From Monocercomonoides exilis PA203 (Eukaryota; Protista; Preaxostyla): a stretch of 64,000 nt of DNA. Position 1 is the stretch's first letter. Each line of letters opens with the position of its first letter. The notes beneath the pieces were generated by a model. It had not been told where the DNA came from and did not search any database. It saw nothing but the letters and a program-made list of their open reading frames with translations. The position numbers were made by a program, and so were the translations under genes. The stretch is taken from the NCBI GenBank assembly GCA_001643675.2, contig LSRY02000017.1, positions 124,001 through 188,000 of the forward strand, read 5' to 3'. Positions 63,912 through 64,000 of the stretch are shown piece by piece.

Positions 63912-64000
63912 TTTAACTATCTGAACTTAATAAAACAGGTTTTTAATTGAGCACTAAAATGTTCTACGCATTTATCGTTTTGATAATTCTCATGAAACAG

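Noticed and set aside
1-64000. tRNA, rRNA or other structured RNA genes
   Set aside because: None recognised by eye. tRNAscan-SE or Infernal would be needed to exclude them.

Overview
AT-rich, gene-dense eukaryotic DNA with short GT-AG introns and the standard genetic code. It looks like a protist, and the gene content is consistent with an oxymonad such as Monocercomonoides (inference). Recognisable genes: a Rho GTPase (5' end outside the window), V-ATPase proteolipid c, Rab28, RABL6, an Ariadne RBR E3 ligase, an F-box/RCC1-like protein, a ~5,000-aa LRR/Ser-rich giant protein, a PLAC8-family protein, a Rab5-like GTPase, eL34, importin-5 and NSE1. Mobile DNA: a full-length but decayed DIRS1-type tyrosine-recombinase retrotransposon (18197-22616) whose ITR/ICR circle-junction structure can be resolved by eye, a decayed Merlin (ISXO2/IS1595-like) transposase, and three unrelated foldback inverted-repeat elements. 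The most unusual locus is an intronless 7.9-kb receptor-like pseudogene (54138-62077). It has a beta-helix GGA-repeat ectodomain, one TM and an N-lobe-less pseudokinase, and its N-terminal passenger-like block is bracketed by two strongly G-depleted C-rich tracts, suggesting a modular or cassette-swapping surface-protein family. Also notable: a convergent pair of unannotated micro-paralogs showing a purifying-selection pattern, and frequent AAG 3' splice sites. Exon boundaries were read manually and some are approximate.
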